A stretch of DNA of 64,000 bases, taken from assembly GCF_000150275.1 (NCBI RefSeq), contig NW_002060947.1, positions 8,107,880-8,171,879 on the forward strand. The letters run 5' to 3'. A program made the position numbers and the translations under genes. The DNA is from Trichoplax adhaerens (lineage: Eukaryota; Animalia; Placozoa). How positions within the stretch are numbered: position 1 is the stretch's first letter; each line of letters opens with the position of its first letter. Under the pieces are notes generated by a model. That model made no database searches. It was not told the origin of the DNA and saw only the letters and a program-made list of their open reading frames with translations. Below, piece after piece: positions 51,801-64,000 of this stretch.

Positions 51801-54800
51801 TTATTTACACAAAATAAACTATTGGGAATGATAACGATGAATAATTTACACTATGATTGTTAATAGATATGAAACAGTGCTACACTAGAAAGTTCTGCTT
51901 CGGCTGATATTGCCTTTTTGCTTTATACCGTAAATTTTTCTAAATTTATCGATTACACCATCAGATAGGTATCAAATTCTGTCATGCTACATTAATACGA
52001 TATATGCAACATTTTTAATTATATTAACTAGCCAAAGGCATTATTTGGTTGATTTTATCACAGTTTATTGATAGTACGATAATGCAGGTTACTATAGTAA
52101 ATCATTGTTTACTTTGACGAAAGGGAAAATTTCCATTTTATTGAAATATTTGCTTCATGACGTCGTTTTTGCGGGAAATAAAACAATTCTTCCTCTGTAG
52201 ATAGTACTATCTACTGATGTTTAAATAGTTGTATGGTCGCTATTCGATGTCACGAAAGAATTAATAAAATTCTGCAATGTGAACACATGTTAAAGTGAGG
52301 AAATTTCGTTTGAAACCATATCAAAATACACAGCTTTGCAGCCGTATAGTAAGTAATACGGCCAATGGGCATAATAACAGAATAGTAAAGGCACTACTTT
52401 CTGTTGATATTTTTCAACAGGGCAGTAAGTTCTTTCTTATCTATGTGTATCGTACCACGACGAAATAGATTATTGATTTCTTATCTAATGATTTAAAAAT
52501 AATTATAATAACATAAGAAGATTATGAAATTTCATAACTATTTAGATTGACTATTCTCTCACCTTTTCATTTAATTTAGGTCTTCAACTAAAATTGTTAT
52601 CATCTGATCGCCTCAAATTTATCATATTATACACAAATACTACAGAATAGTTTTATATTTCGTGAAACTAAAACATAACGTAATTTGAATAAATAGTAAC
52701 AACTAAAGTAAATAAACCACAGTAACTAGAAATATTTAACTGACAATTGATGTTCATCTGTAGCCATAAATCTAGCAATTCTAGTACGGTCGAGACTATT
52801 ATATGAAATGTTCTTGTATTCGTATAATGGTGTATAGAAACACTTTCATTTTATTGCGGCCCCTTGATTCTGCAATTATCAAATTAATGCTTTTCAATAC
52901 CTTTAAAACAATAAAGCTTATTCCTTCAGGAAGATGTAATGATTTTACTAAGATTTCATAGATCTCTAGCTATTAATTGAAAAAATGTTATCTACTGCCA
53001 TTGCTAGCTGTTTGCGTCCATGTAGTGTAAAATAAATTTGGTTATAGATGCAAACAATCTTAACACTTTATCTTTCATCGGTTAGTCCCATTAATCGAAA
53101 GATATTGAGAGTGAATAAGGTCAAAAAATGAAAAATTGAACCTAACAAGATTGAACATATTTCTATAATACATTAGTGAATCGGTAGGCATTAACTTCAC
53201 CAACTGCTACTGTAGTATAAAAGTACCTTTTAAGGTGAATAAGTATTATCCCGTTATATTTGCAGCATTATGAGTAGGGAAGTATTAGCAGCGATATGGC
53301 ACATTCTTTTCATTGATGCATATCCTTGACAGTGGTTACAGTCTACCCACTCGTGGAATTGTAGAGGAGAATTGATCCCTTTATAAATCTTGATTGACAC
53401 TAAGAACAGTATGGCGACAACTTTCTGCAACACATCAAGATTAAATATTTTCTCCGTAAGCATCTGTGATCGGCAAAAATCTGCATTCTAATCTTCATAT
53501 TTTTGTCACCGTTCATATACTCGTTAATATTAATTATATATTCGAGGATGTTATAACAATGTTTTAATGGAATAATTGTATTTTTAACTTGAAATTTATG
53601 TTTATCACTACTACTTAAATTCGTAATAGTCAGTTCTGCTTTTACTGATATCGTCTATTTTTTTAACTGATTCATTTGCTAGACACACAATCTATTTCAC
53701 TGATGTGCCGCTAAGTGATTGATAATCTCTTCAAGCTATAAATTGAGGTTCTATTTTAAAAAGAAAGATTTTCTTCAGAGATTTTTACGCGTCACTACTA
53801 TCCTCTAATTCCCACAGAAACCGATTAATGCTGATAATACATTATTATGATGATGATGATGCTATTGAAGATGACAATTAATGCGGCTTGTCAGTAAAAA
53901 TGGCTAAATTGATTTAGATATGTATTGCCAATATCTGTAGTGTTATAATGGGCTGGTACTGCCAATCGTGAGTTATTTTGCAATTATAAAGTGTTGTATT
54001 AGTTTGTGCTGTATGCACTCTAACAGAGGTAATATTCACTTTTACATAAATGTAAATTTTGATTCCATAGGAAAGCCTACCATTGGCTTTTGTATGAAGG
54101 CACAATTGAGTAATTCCTTCCAGGTCTCTCAAGTTACGCATGAGAACATCTACAATAAATTACAATTGCGTAAAGTTAGTTGAATGACTGTTGTATAGTT
54201 TACAACGGAAGACGCGAACGGCATTTCAAACAAACTTTAACATCGATGCGACAGTTATATCAAATATTTTAGGCCTTTTTGTTTAGCATGCATATGATTT
54301 AGCACATTTTAAGTAGTCATGCCTGAATCGTTCTACCATGTCCGTTGCAAAAAACTAAAGGATGGACCTTACATATTTGATCAACTACGCTTGTTTGAAT
54401 TATGCACGTACATACTGCTTCTACAACTCTTTTACCCTAAGTAAACGGACTACATGGGGCGCGTAATATAAATGGATAGCTACTAAATATATGAAAATAT
54501 CTTAATTTGCTGTTACTACTCTACGTTTTTCAAACCTCATTACCAATAAAATTGACTAAAATACGAGATTAAGAAAATTTTACTGCAGCTATTCTATTGA
54601 TTTATGCATGGTACTTGTATAACTAGTGATGATTGCTCTAATTATTATACTTCCAGTTGTCGTATTGTCAATATTTCTACGGCTTCATCCTCCGATAAGG
54701 TTTGATTTGAATTACATCAAATCTATTATAGAACTTTACTTCTCTTTATGCTATTGAATGAAGTAAATTGTTTCTTTTACTTTTTGAAAATTTTTCTAAA

Positions 54801-57800
54801 AAGGATAAGTGTCTTAATTATGCTGTACCCATATTGCATTTAGTAATGCTAAAGATATTCTTAAAGTAATCTTAACGTCATTAAATTGCACTAATATAAT
54901 TGTGAGTTTGTGCTTATATGGTAATTCGATGTTAAGGAACTAGACGTATTCGGAGCGTAAAGCTTCAGAAATTAAACTTCAATGGGCGTATTTATGTCAC
55001 GCTGGGTAAACTAGTTTTAGTAAATGAAATGGTTAACGTTATTCGATACCGTGATTATTGATATACATTTAAGGACATTCATTGTTATAGCATACTTAAT
55101 ATTATATCAAAATATATAGAAGATCATGAAAGTAAAGCTGTCTCATTACAGTAATTGTTACCCAAATTTTCTATTAACAGACTAGACCAATATAATATTA
55201 ATGAATTTTTATTGAAAATGCCTAGACAGAAATGAACTTGAAATATATTCATGGTACATTTTGAATGGCTGCAAGGATGCCCTATATAAATTATAAATAA
55301 ATATTATAGCAATTTGTAATTATTTTAGAATACTGTCACATATTTACCTTGGGTATTTTATTTGGAGATATTTCATTCTTACCCATATATGCAATGACGT
55401 TAAACTTATAATATCGTAAATTAAGAAAGGTAAGAATATCTTCAAATGTCAAAGTAGGAAAATGCAAAAATATCGATTCGTAGGCGATTTTAAAAGTGGA
55501 TTAACTATACAGATCAGTCTTAAGAAATGTTACTATGCATAAAAAATAATGAGATGATTTTTTAGCAGCTGTTTTGACTCGAGGCAGGAGATTGTTAATA
55601 GAATATCAATACTAAGAAATTATATATGTTATTGCTGTAGAACAATAATACAAAACCCAAATAAATAAAAGTATTTACGTGTATTCCATTTTACTAAATT
55701 ATGAAATTATTTGTGTACTCTTCATGCTGCAATAGCAGCATGAACTGGTTTGTTCAGATTACATTTAGCCGTTATACAGATTTACAAGTTGATTAATTTC
55801 TGAAGCAGATTATTCATAAACCTTATATTAGTGTCAGATCTTTAGCCCAAAAGCTTTCATTTTAATATGCGCTTTAATTAATGAATATCAAAAAAGTAGT
55901 GTTACCATTTTTGAATTATGTATGTACTTTTATTCTCGATTCTGTCAAGGGAATTCTTCTATATTTCAGAAGAAACAATATAACCTAAGTGATTGAAATT
56001 AAATTCAATTTAAAAATTTATGAAGGCATGACTAGTTTCATAACGATTTGCTTGATGCCGGTATTGTCATCATATTTCAGTTTACATTGCTATTTTCTAG
56101 CGACAAATGAATCAGCCTCTCAAACATGAATAAATATGTCATGCATTAGATAGAAATGAGTTGCAATTTCAGTATAGGAGTAGAGTATTTCTTATTTCAT
56201 TCTTATTGCTGCTGTTCACTATAATTTATCTATTAATTCAAATAAATGTTTCAAAATTTTAAGAAGTTGAAACGGAAAAAAATTCACCAACGATGAATGA
56301 TTTCGACTCAGTACCTTATAGGATATTTTCATATAAAATAAATAGATAAAGAAAGTGTTGAATGTACTCTATCTCGTCTTAATTGATGTTATTAATGTAA
56401 AGTTTTATTTACAATAGATTAAATTGGTTAGATCAATACCACTTCATTATATATTTATAACAAAAATAAATGGTCTTATCAGACAATTGGGATAATTTGC
56501 TTATTATCGCTTGTATAACTACTGAGGAGATCTGAATATTGACATGTTGATGGCCCTCGTTATCAATGCGTCGTTGATGTCTATAATATGATTAAGTCTG
56601 TTCATATTTCCTTCCTTCCTTTTTATTCACGTAGACAAAAACCCTACCTAATAACATTATTGTAGTCATGGTCGGTTAATATTGATTATACAGTAGTGGT
56701 AAGCATAGGCCAATTCAGCAATTTGAGTCAGGATTAATCTTAAATCTAGCAACATAGTACCCTAATACTGCAGTCTAAGAGAAAATATTAATCAAATTTG
56801 GTAGGGATGACGGTAAGTAATAAGATTAAAGCCGATTGCCAGTTGAGATTGACTAATTTTTATAGCCGAACATACCGATAAATATCTTGATTTAGAAGTG
56901 AATAGCACAGCTGAAAATTGACACGGAATAGAAGTTTACAAATTGATAGTCCAAATCAATAAAATATGGATATGAGAAACTGGTGGGCGGATTGATTAAA
57001 TCACTGCAGCGGCTGTTTACTATTGTTTATTCCATCAATATCCATCGATGGCAATAGGGTACAGGTACAGATCGGAAAATTCCAAAAACTATGGATATGA
57101 TAACCATCATTTTATGAAATAGACACAATAGATGACCCCAATCTTAAAGACAGGTTATGAGATATCAAACTTCTTTTGAAGTCCGAAGCATCAAAAGCGA
57201 AAATAATATGGTAGTTGGGTCTTGTGAGTATTCATAGTTGTAGAAATGATTTAATAGAAGTTTTTGCAATAAACAAGACATAAAATGTGGCAGCATGTTC
57301 ATTACTTCCTTCCTTGTCATCATTTCTAAATGTAAATTATTTCTTTATGCATAACAGCTGTAATTTCCGTCATCTCCACGAATTTTTCATTCCCTCAATT
57401 TTAATTGCTCAAGATTACCAACAAATTATTCTATCAATAATTTCGTTACGGATAGATTATGGTAAAATTTATAGCATTAAAACCAGAACATCTCGGCATC
57501 TCTTATTAACACAATGGATCCATGAACCTATAAATTTGGCTTATTTCTTTATTATACACATATTATTCCATATTTAATTATTGCTTTATCAATCCTAGAA
57601 CAAACACTGATTGTAATTAATATATCATATTTTAAATTTGATAATATCATTCTCGTGTACTGATTCAACTGGCTATATACTTCATTAATGATAAACATAA
57701 TATTAATATGATAAAGACACATGCATTATGAACAGATGTAGAGTACAGTATATTTGATATCTCTAGAAATTCTCTAAGAGGAGATATATATCTCTAAACG

Positions 57801-60671
57801 AGGTATCATGGTTTAAAATGTTAACAATTACAACGGTAGCCATTTAGGAAATTCATTATTCAATTCTCGAGGTTATCGCCAATATTATAATGCAAATTTT
57901 GTGTTATCAATGCTGTAGAAGATAAATGACAATAATTATAATCAAGCTGGTATGTTATGATCGAGGTCAAATTATTTATTCGTGAATGAAATGGTACAAA
58001 ATATCCTATAAAGATAAATTATCGTTTATGACATTGCTTATTGTTATAATTTACTTTATTCAACTGACGGTAGTGCAACAAGATTGATGATAATCGTGAT
58101 ATAGTCTGGCAATGTGAATATTGAAATGCTAAAATAACAGCGAATGATATAATCGGCAGTGATACATGTAGGGAGTTTAGTATTAGAAGTAAATTACATT
58201 CATGAGCAATTATAACTTCGATCTTGCTATATTAATAACAATTACAATTTGCAATATTAATATTGCTGAATAATTGATCATGACCTCGGGAAGTACCAGA
58301 TGTATTCACTAATTGTTAACTTTATTTCGTTGGTGTTTTATTAAAAGAAATTTTCAAAATAATAAGACGACGATAATGGATATCTACCTATACTATATCA
58401 TTTCTATTTCAAGTATTGACCAAACTACTGTATCGATTAATCCCAAAGGTCAGACGGAAAAAAAACTAAAGGTATTGTTAATGATATGAAAGATGTGATA
58501 AAATCTTTCAAATCCGGAGAGAGCGTCGTCATAGTACAGAAAATCTTTGATTTGTAGTGTAAATTGGTTTGGAGGCTGCTGATGTTATTTAGTAAAATAC
58601 GAATAAATACCATTATCTAATTGATGTTGAGTGTTTCATACCAATTGATGCTTGCAAATATGGAGGTTATTTACACGTTTGGTTTATATGTATCATTATA
58701 AGTTGTATACCTTGTTTTTGTTGCGTAATGATTGTCTTTTGGCTGCTTTCATTGATCGATCGTTTGATGAAAAGAAATAAAAAATCGGAAATGACTACTT
58801 TGTATTGAAATGAGAGTAGTTGAGAATTAGGCTATAGGCAACTATCATGAAACTATTTTTATAAAAGATTATTTCACAATGGAAATTAAAGATGAGGAAG
58901 GAAAAGAAAACAATATTATTTCATTAAGTTTTCAAGTAAGCAAATCTACCTGCTAATCTAAGCTATTTGGCTAGGCTAGAGCATCAATAGTTTTTCACAG
59001 AGGGTAAATAAGAATATTCATTTGATCGAAGCTGGTATTATTTTCAAATCTTCGCTAATGATATTTCAGCAGGCAAAATATTTTAGATATTATAATATTT
59101 GAAATAATTAGTAGGTCAAACAAGCGATAGAATAGCTAATTTTTCCACTCAAGTGTTAATTTTATGCTAATGGAGGTTTCAGTATTTCATTTCTAGTAAT
59201 AATCTGCTTCTACACTTTGTATCCCGGGCATTCTATAGAATGCGCGAATCCTTACATGGACCGTGACATATACATACCTTATATAATAATTTAGCAAACA
59301 CCATTTATTTGACAACATCTGGTGTTATTTTTATCCCGTAGATATTTCTGTTTCATTTTAACATAAACTCAGCTTGATATTATAACATATTTACTATAGG
59401 CAATGCAATATATAATCAGGTATGCATCATCTGTACTGTTCGTTGTAAATCTCTTACCTCTTAGGCAATGAACTCATTAAAATTGCATCGAATACTTCAC
59501 TATACTTTTACAGGGCAACTTGGGCGTGCTGCAGCACAGTACATGCTGTGTAGCAGTGCCACATAAATAAATTTTATCATATCTGAGTTCGTAATGGTAA
59601 TTAAATTAGCGGTATATATGCAATCAGTGAAATGAAGAAATGTCCGCAATTTCCCTCTAAAAGATAAGCATTTGTTGCAAGGCAGTTTAGGGATTTCAAG
59701 TAGTCCAAAATATCGACTACAAAGTCGAATAATTCAGGCCTTACTTTATGTGATCCTATTATACTCAACTGCAGGGACAAAAATTAGATTTAAATTGTAT
59801 TGAGAACCTTTTACATTATGGACCTTTGTTTAACCTCGTATGCAGCACTTATTATAAGGACTATTTTATCATAACTATCTCATTATATCTACTTATACGC
59901 TCAAGGTTTAATTTGGTAATATTTTTATGCCGATATACAGAATAAGACATAGATTACAGGTAAAGATTAAAGGCCTACGTTATCAAGCATGGCATAAATC
60001 TTTAGACTGCTGAAATTTAAATAATTGCATTAATCCAGTTACTCCATTTGCCGATGATAATATTTTATACAAAGATTTACCAAATATCTCCCAAACAGCC
60101 ACACACCTACAACTATATAAAACGTCGGAATAAACTGTAGCTCCAAATTAGAAGTGTGCAATGACCAGGACCAATGAAATTACGATAAAACTTCGATTTA
60201 CCTATACTTTATTAACGAAAATATGATAAATTTTGATACCTTAAATTTATCTATTTCGTTATGCAAGACTAGATACATCAGTTCCTAAAAATTTAGAGCA
60301 GAAGCTTTGGAGTAGATCGATGTTTTCATGCTACGATACCATATTGTATAAATCGCTTTTGCAAGCTATCACTGTATAGTACAAGGCAATGTCATAAAAT
60401 ATATATTAAATAACGGAATTAATGACTCGCAAATGCATTTCTTGGGTATAAACCGTCATCATTTCATTCTTAGTTTTGTGGACAATATAATAAGGCTGAT
60501 TCCATCGTTATTTCCAATCTTGGTATTGCATTTAAAACCTAAATACATTATCTAATTTTCATGGATATAACCACCTATACATATACAACCACCTACTAGC
60601 ATTGCATGCAAATACAACTGCTAACAATTATTATTTGTCCATCTGATATTGGCATAAAGTAGAAAAAGGCA

Positions 60672-61906
60672 TTAATATTTTCTTTTGTATACAGGCACTG
60701 TCTTGTTATCGTTATACTTAACAGGTTTAAAGCTTTGCTTGACTGCATATTCTGATGGCATTTTATCACGTAGATAGTATAATTTGGATTGTCGTCGACG
60801 CTCTAATTTCAGTACTTCAATCTTTTGTACGAGCGGCGAATACGTTTCGTACATCATTTCGATGCCATGACCATCAATAATATTTCTTAGGAGGAACGTA
60901 CTGCCTAACTTGTTATTCTTTTTGGCGATACAAATGCCTACAAATCTGCCAATTATATAAAATAGCAAGGTTATGGCCGGTATCCATAACTGGAAGTGAA
61001 TCAATTTAAAGTTGAACTAAAATAACGATATCGACTCAATATCAACAACATTAAGTTCAGGCGAAAAGCATCATTTAAGATTGAAGATTTTAGCGGTAGA
61101 GCAATCATACTATAACATTAAATATTGATTGAAAAAGATGAGGTATCCATTTGACTAGTTTTCCATTGGGTCTAGTCAATAAGGAGAAGGTAAGCATGTT
61201 TCGGTTGATGCAGAAAATACGAAATAGGCATCTGCTAAACGAACGTGCTAGCGATCATCGTAACAGTTTGCCTTCTTCCATAGGCTATATAAAAATACGT
61301 CCATCTGTACAGTATCTACTGCTCTATCTCATACTTGTAGTGGATCGACTTGATCTCTTCTAGTGACTAGAATAGCTTCCTTCTATCGAATTTACCTTGT
61401 AGAGCCACGTTTTATGTAAGGATCTGATTTGACGACCGCCATGATGCTTCCAGTTGTAAAAAAAGGGATATCAATAACCTTGGATCTTTCATGCATATCA
61501 CGGCGCTCTAAAAATTCTATCAGGTTGGTTTTCATTTGCTTTGGTGATTTATAATATTCTTCCCTAGGTAATGGTTGCATTTTTTTGACATCTCTTCTTA
61601 CAACAGTGGGTCGTCGAGGTAATTTCCGTTTGGATTTGCGTCTTCTTCTCGGCCTATCCGTACCACTCGAATCAGCAGCTTCTGGAGCCACTACATCGGT
61701 AGCAGGGGCTGATGTTACAGCTCGTAGACCTGCATTAAAAAGGAATACATTACTCATTAGTCTATTTTCCATCATCAATCAAAGCTTAATTTGCTTTTTC
61801 TCCTAATTTCAATGAACCAACCCTGAAAAATCAAATCTTGCATGGAATTTTGCCTGATAGGAAAGGCATGCAGAAAGTTCTTCAATCTCATCCAGCCAGC
61901 CATCAT
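60672..61906 (-). CDS. MRPL19: Mitochondrial ribosomal protein L19 (bL19m), ~230 aa, 3 exons
   Basis: Exons 61906-61822, 61729-61396, 60945-60672; GT-AG, frame consistent. L19 motifs IPFFTTGSIMAV, RFVGICI, LGSTFLLRNIIDGHGIE, YSPLVQKIEVLKLERR, LYYLRD. The basic, Arg-rich N-terminus is consistent with a mitochondrial presequence. Exon 1 is less certain. Confidence 0.9.
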
Positions 61907-62694
61907 GCTTCCAAGACTACTGATGATGGCGTTGAGGTCCAAAGAGCGTGCGCACATGGTCGGATACGATTGGCTATCCCTTAGTAGCGTTGATACAGGT
62001 AAAAGTAAAAACTTTCTTTTCCTTTATCTCTATGGGTTTGCATGGCCCGTATTGAACACTATACTGTCCCTAGCCAATACGGTATGAAGGGACTGAAACA
62101 GGACTTCACGACTGTTATCACAGTATGCCAAGCAAAACCCATGAAAACTGGCGTCCAGCACCACCCTAAAGCTCGATGCAGGCTGCAGCAGGCTACAGGT
62201 TTTGCTTTAATTTCTAGCGCTTTGCTCATGGGCTTGCAGCTATTTTGTATCGAATCCTTTCCAATGTAGAGCGATTTGGAAGCAAAACCGCTGGCCCTTG
62301 CAGTTATCCAGTCTCCGTCTGATTAATGTGGTAGTTGACCTTTTTAGCCAAGCATCGATTAGCTACAGAGAGCGTAGTAGGGACTTATGACAGCAACTTC
62401 GCTTATCCATGAAGGATTGCATTCATCAGCAGAGCAGCCAGGGCTGATGTAGATTCCAAATTCTTTTAGTTATGAAATAGACTTCGAAGCGGTATACATA
62501 TTCTGCCATTTGTGAAACCTACGTCAGGAATATTACGCTGACTAAATAAATCACAATTGTAGATCTCCGTGTGATTGGTCCTAGATATACTAAAGGTACG
62601 CGTATACTCGTACTATTCATGGTAATTATTGGTAAGTAGCTCAGCCTTGATGCTAGTACAACCTGCAACTGCTCTAAACCAGTAAAACGCCAGT
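61907..62694. promoter_or_regulatory. Probable bidirectional promoter between MRPL19 and RPUSD1
   Basis: 788 bp between divergent ATGs; visibly GC-richer than the flanks. CCAAT/ATTGG boxes at about 61969, 62074 and 62574; NRF1-like GAGCGTGCGCA at 61944-61954. Confidence 0.55.
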
Positions 62695-63893
62695 ATGGCC
62701 ACTGCCGTTAAGGAAAAGAAAGTGCAAATAGTTCATCAAACGAATTCTTATGTGATTATCAACAAACCATTCGATATGCATATCAATAGCAACGAAGAAG
62801 ACGTCAAGCCAACTGTTGCAACACAACTTGCTGAACTCCTGCCTACTTTAGTCGACAAAAGTATCTGTTTTGGTTTCAGGTTCGTCAATCGCTTAGATTA
62901 TGCTACAAGCGGATTACTCTGCATTGCTTTTGATAAACGGGCTGCAAATATGGCCAGGAAACTCTTTGAAGCAAATCATGTGTCAAAGAAATATTTAGCT
63001 TTGGTGAGAATATGCAAGGGATTAATAATCTTGCAATGGTATTGCTGAACAATGTAGCGATGATCATTTCATTTTATGTTACCACCTATAATACTGATTG
63101 TCTGCTATCGACCATTATTATTGCAACGAGAAGGTTATTGAATGCTATTACTACCAGAAATATCGTTGTTATTAGCTGTATCTTAATTCTAAGAGATCGG
63201 TTTTGGTTAACTCAATTGCAGTATAACACTGGTTTGTTGTCTTTTGCAGGTCAGAGGTATCCTAAGCCGTGATAATGGTGATATTCTGGTTAGAAAAGCG
63301 ATAGGGTTGGATCGACGTGATCCTCGTGGATTTCGCATGTGCATACCTGATCATAATCCACATCTCTGTCAATCGCCAAAGGTAATATATTACAATAGTA
63401 CCTTTCATTAATCTTGTAATGTTATTTAGTAGCCCCTTTCAGTTGCCACTGTAGTTGATGATAAACAATGTTAAGTAATGTATTTTAAGCTAGAGGTAGC
63501 AAAATTGATTAAATTGTAGAATCTGGGACTAGACATCACCGTTTGGGCGTGTATTTCATATGCAGTATTTTCTTGTCATTTCATCAATAGGCTGCTGAAA
63601 CTCTCATCCGTATTCTGGGCTATGGCAAGTATGATGGTGAAGATATTACTAAAATTAGCCTAAGTCCAGTTACCGGCAGACGACATCAACTCAGAGTTCA
63701 CTGCTTAACGTTGGGCCATTGTATCGTTGGTGATTATACTTATAGTAATGAAGTTGATAGCAAGCCTTATCGAATGATGCTGCATTCATATAGCTTGAAA
63801 ATACCACTACAAGATTGTCCTGCTATTGAAGTGACGACTTATGATCCGTTTTTGCCTGATCACGATCCTTTATTGCAATTGGAAAATAACTAA
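62695..63893 (+). CDS. RPUSD1: RluA-family RNA pseudouridine synthase, RPUSD1-like, 247 aa, 3 exons
   Basis: Exons 62695-63003, 63250-63381, 63591-63893. Motifs VIINKP, RFVNRLDYATSGLLCIA (catalytic Asp), KKYLALVRG, PVTGRRHQLRVH, GHCIVGDYTY, RMMLHSY, DPF. Confidence 0.88.
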
Positions 63894-64000
63894 ATGATTA
63901 TATCTAATCAAATAGGTCACGAATTGGACTTACGTTATGCACAATATTTTTTACAAAAAATGTTGACGCAGTCTTGTAAACATAAGCTGATTATACACCA

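Noticed and set aside
49000-60600. Short ORFs of 60-96 aa (50999, 53254, 53914, 53968, 57287)
   Set aside because: AT-rich, low-information translations with no domain and no supportable exon chain; small exons could still have been missed.

Overview
AT-rich, intron-containing eukaryotic genomic DNA with GT-AG introns of about 90-2200 nt and one 50-N assembly gap. Style and gene content suggest a compact early-branching animal genome such as the placozoan Trichoplax; this is inference only. Bases 2.2-26.9 kb hold a tandem array of six intact four-exon glutathionyl-hydroquinone reductase genes (GHR / Xi-class GST, YqjG/ECM4/PcpF family), all on the + strand with identical intron positions. Copies 1-2 are canonical (CPWAHR, INNGVY, INP). 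Copies 3-6 form a derived subfamily, and copies 3-5 lie in recent 4.3-4.8 kb segmental duplications. The most striking signal is that copies 3 and 4 are almost identical even through introns 2 and 3, yet carry dense, mostly non-synonymous differences in three active-site segments, with loss of predicted catalytic tyrosines in copy 3. This looks like a diversifying detoxification-enzyme repertoire, and there is a perfect Nrf2/CNC-Maf ARE upstream of copy 6. The rest of the window contains a 3x291-bp higher-order repeat, an ~18 kb gene-poor stretch rich in PBX/MEIS-type TGATTGACA motifs, a Ras-dva/RASD-like GTPase lacking a CAAX box (- strand), and a head-to-head MRPL19 / RPUSD1 pair. No tRNA, rRNA, CRISPR array or intact transposon was recognised.
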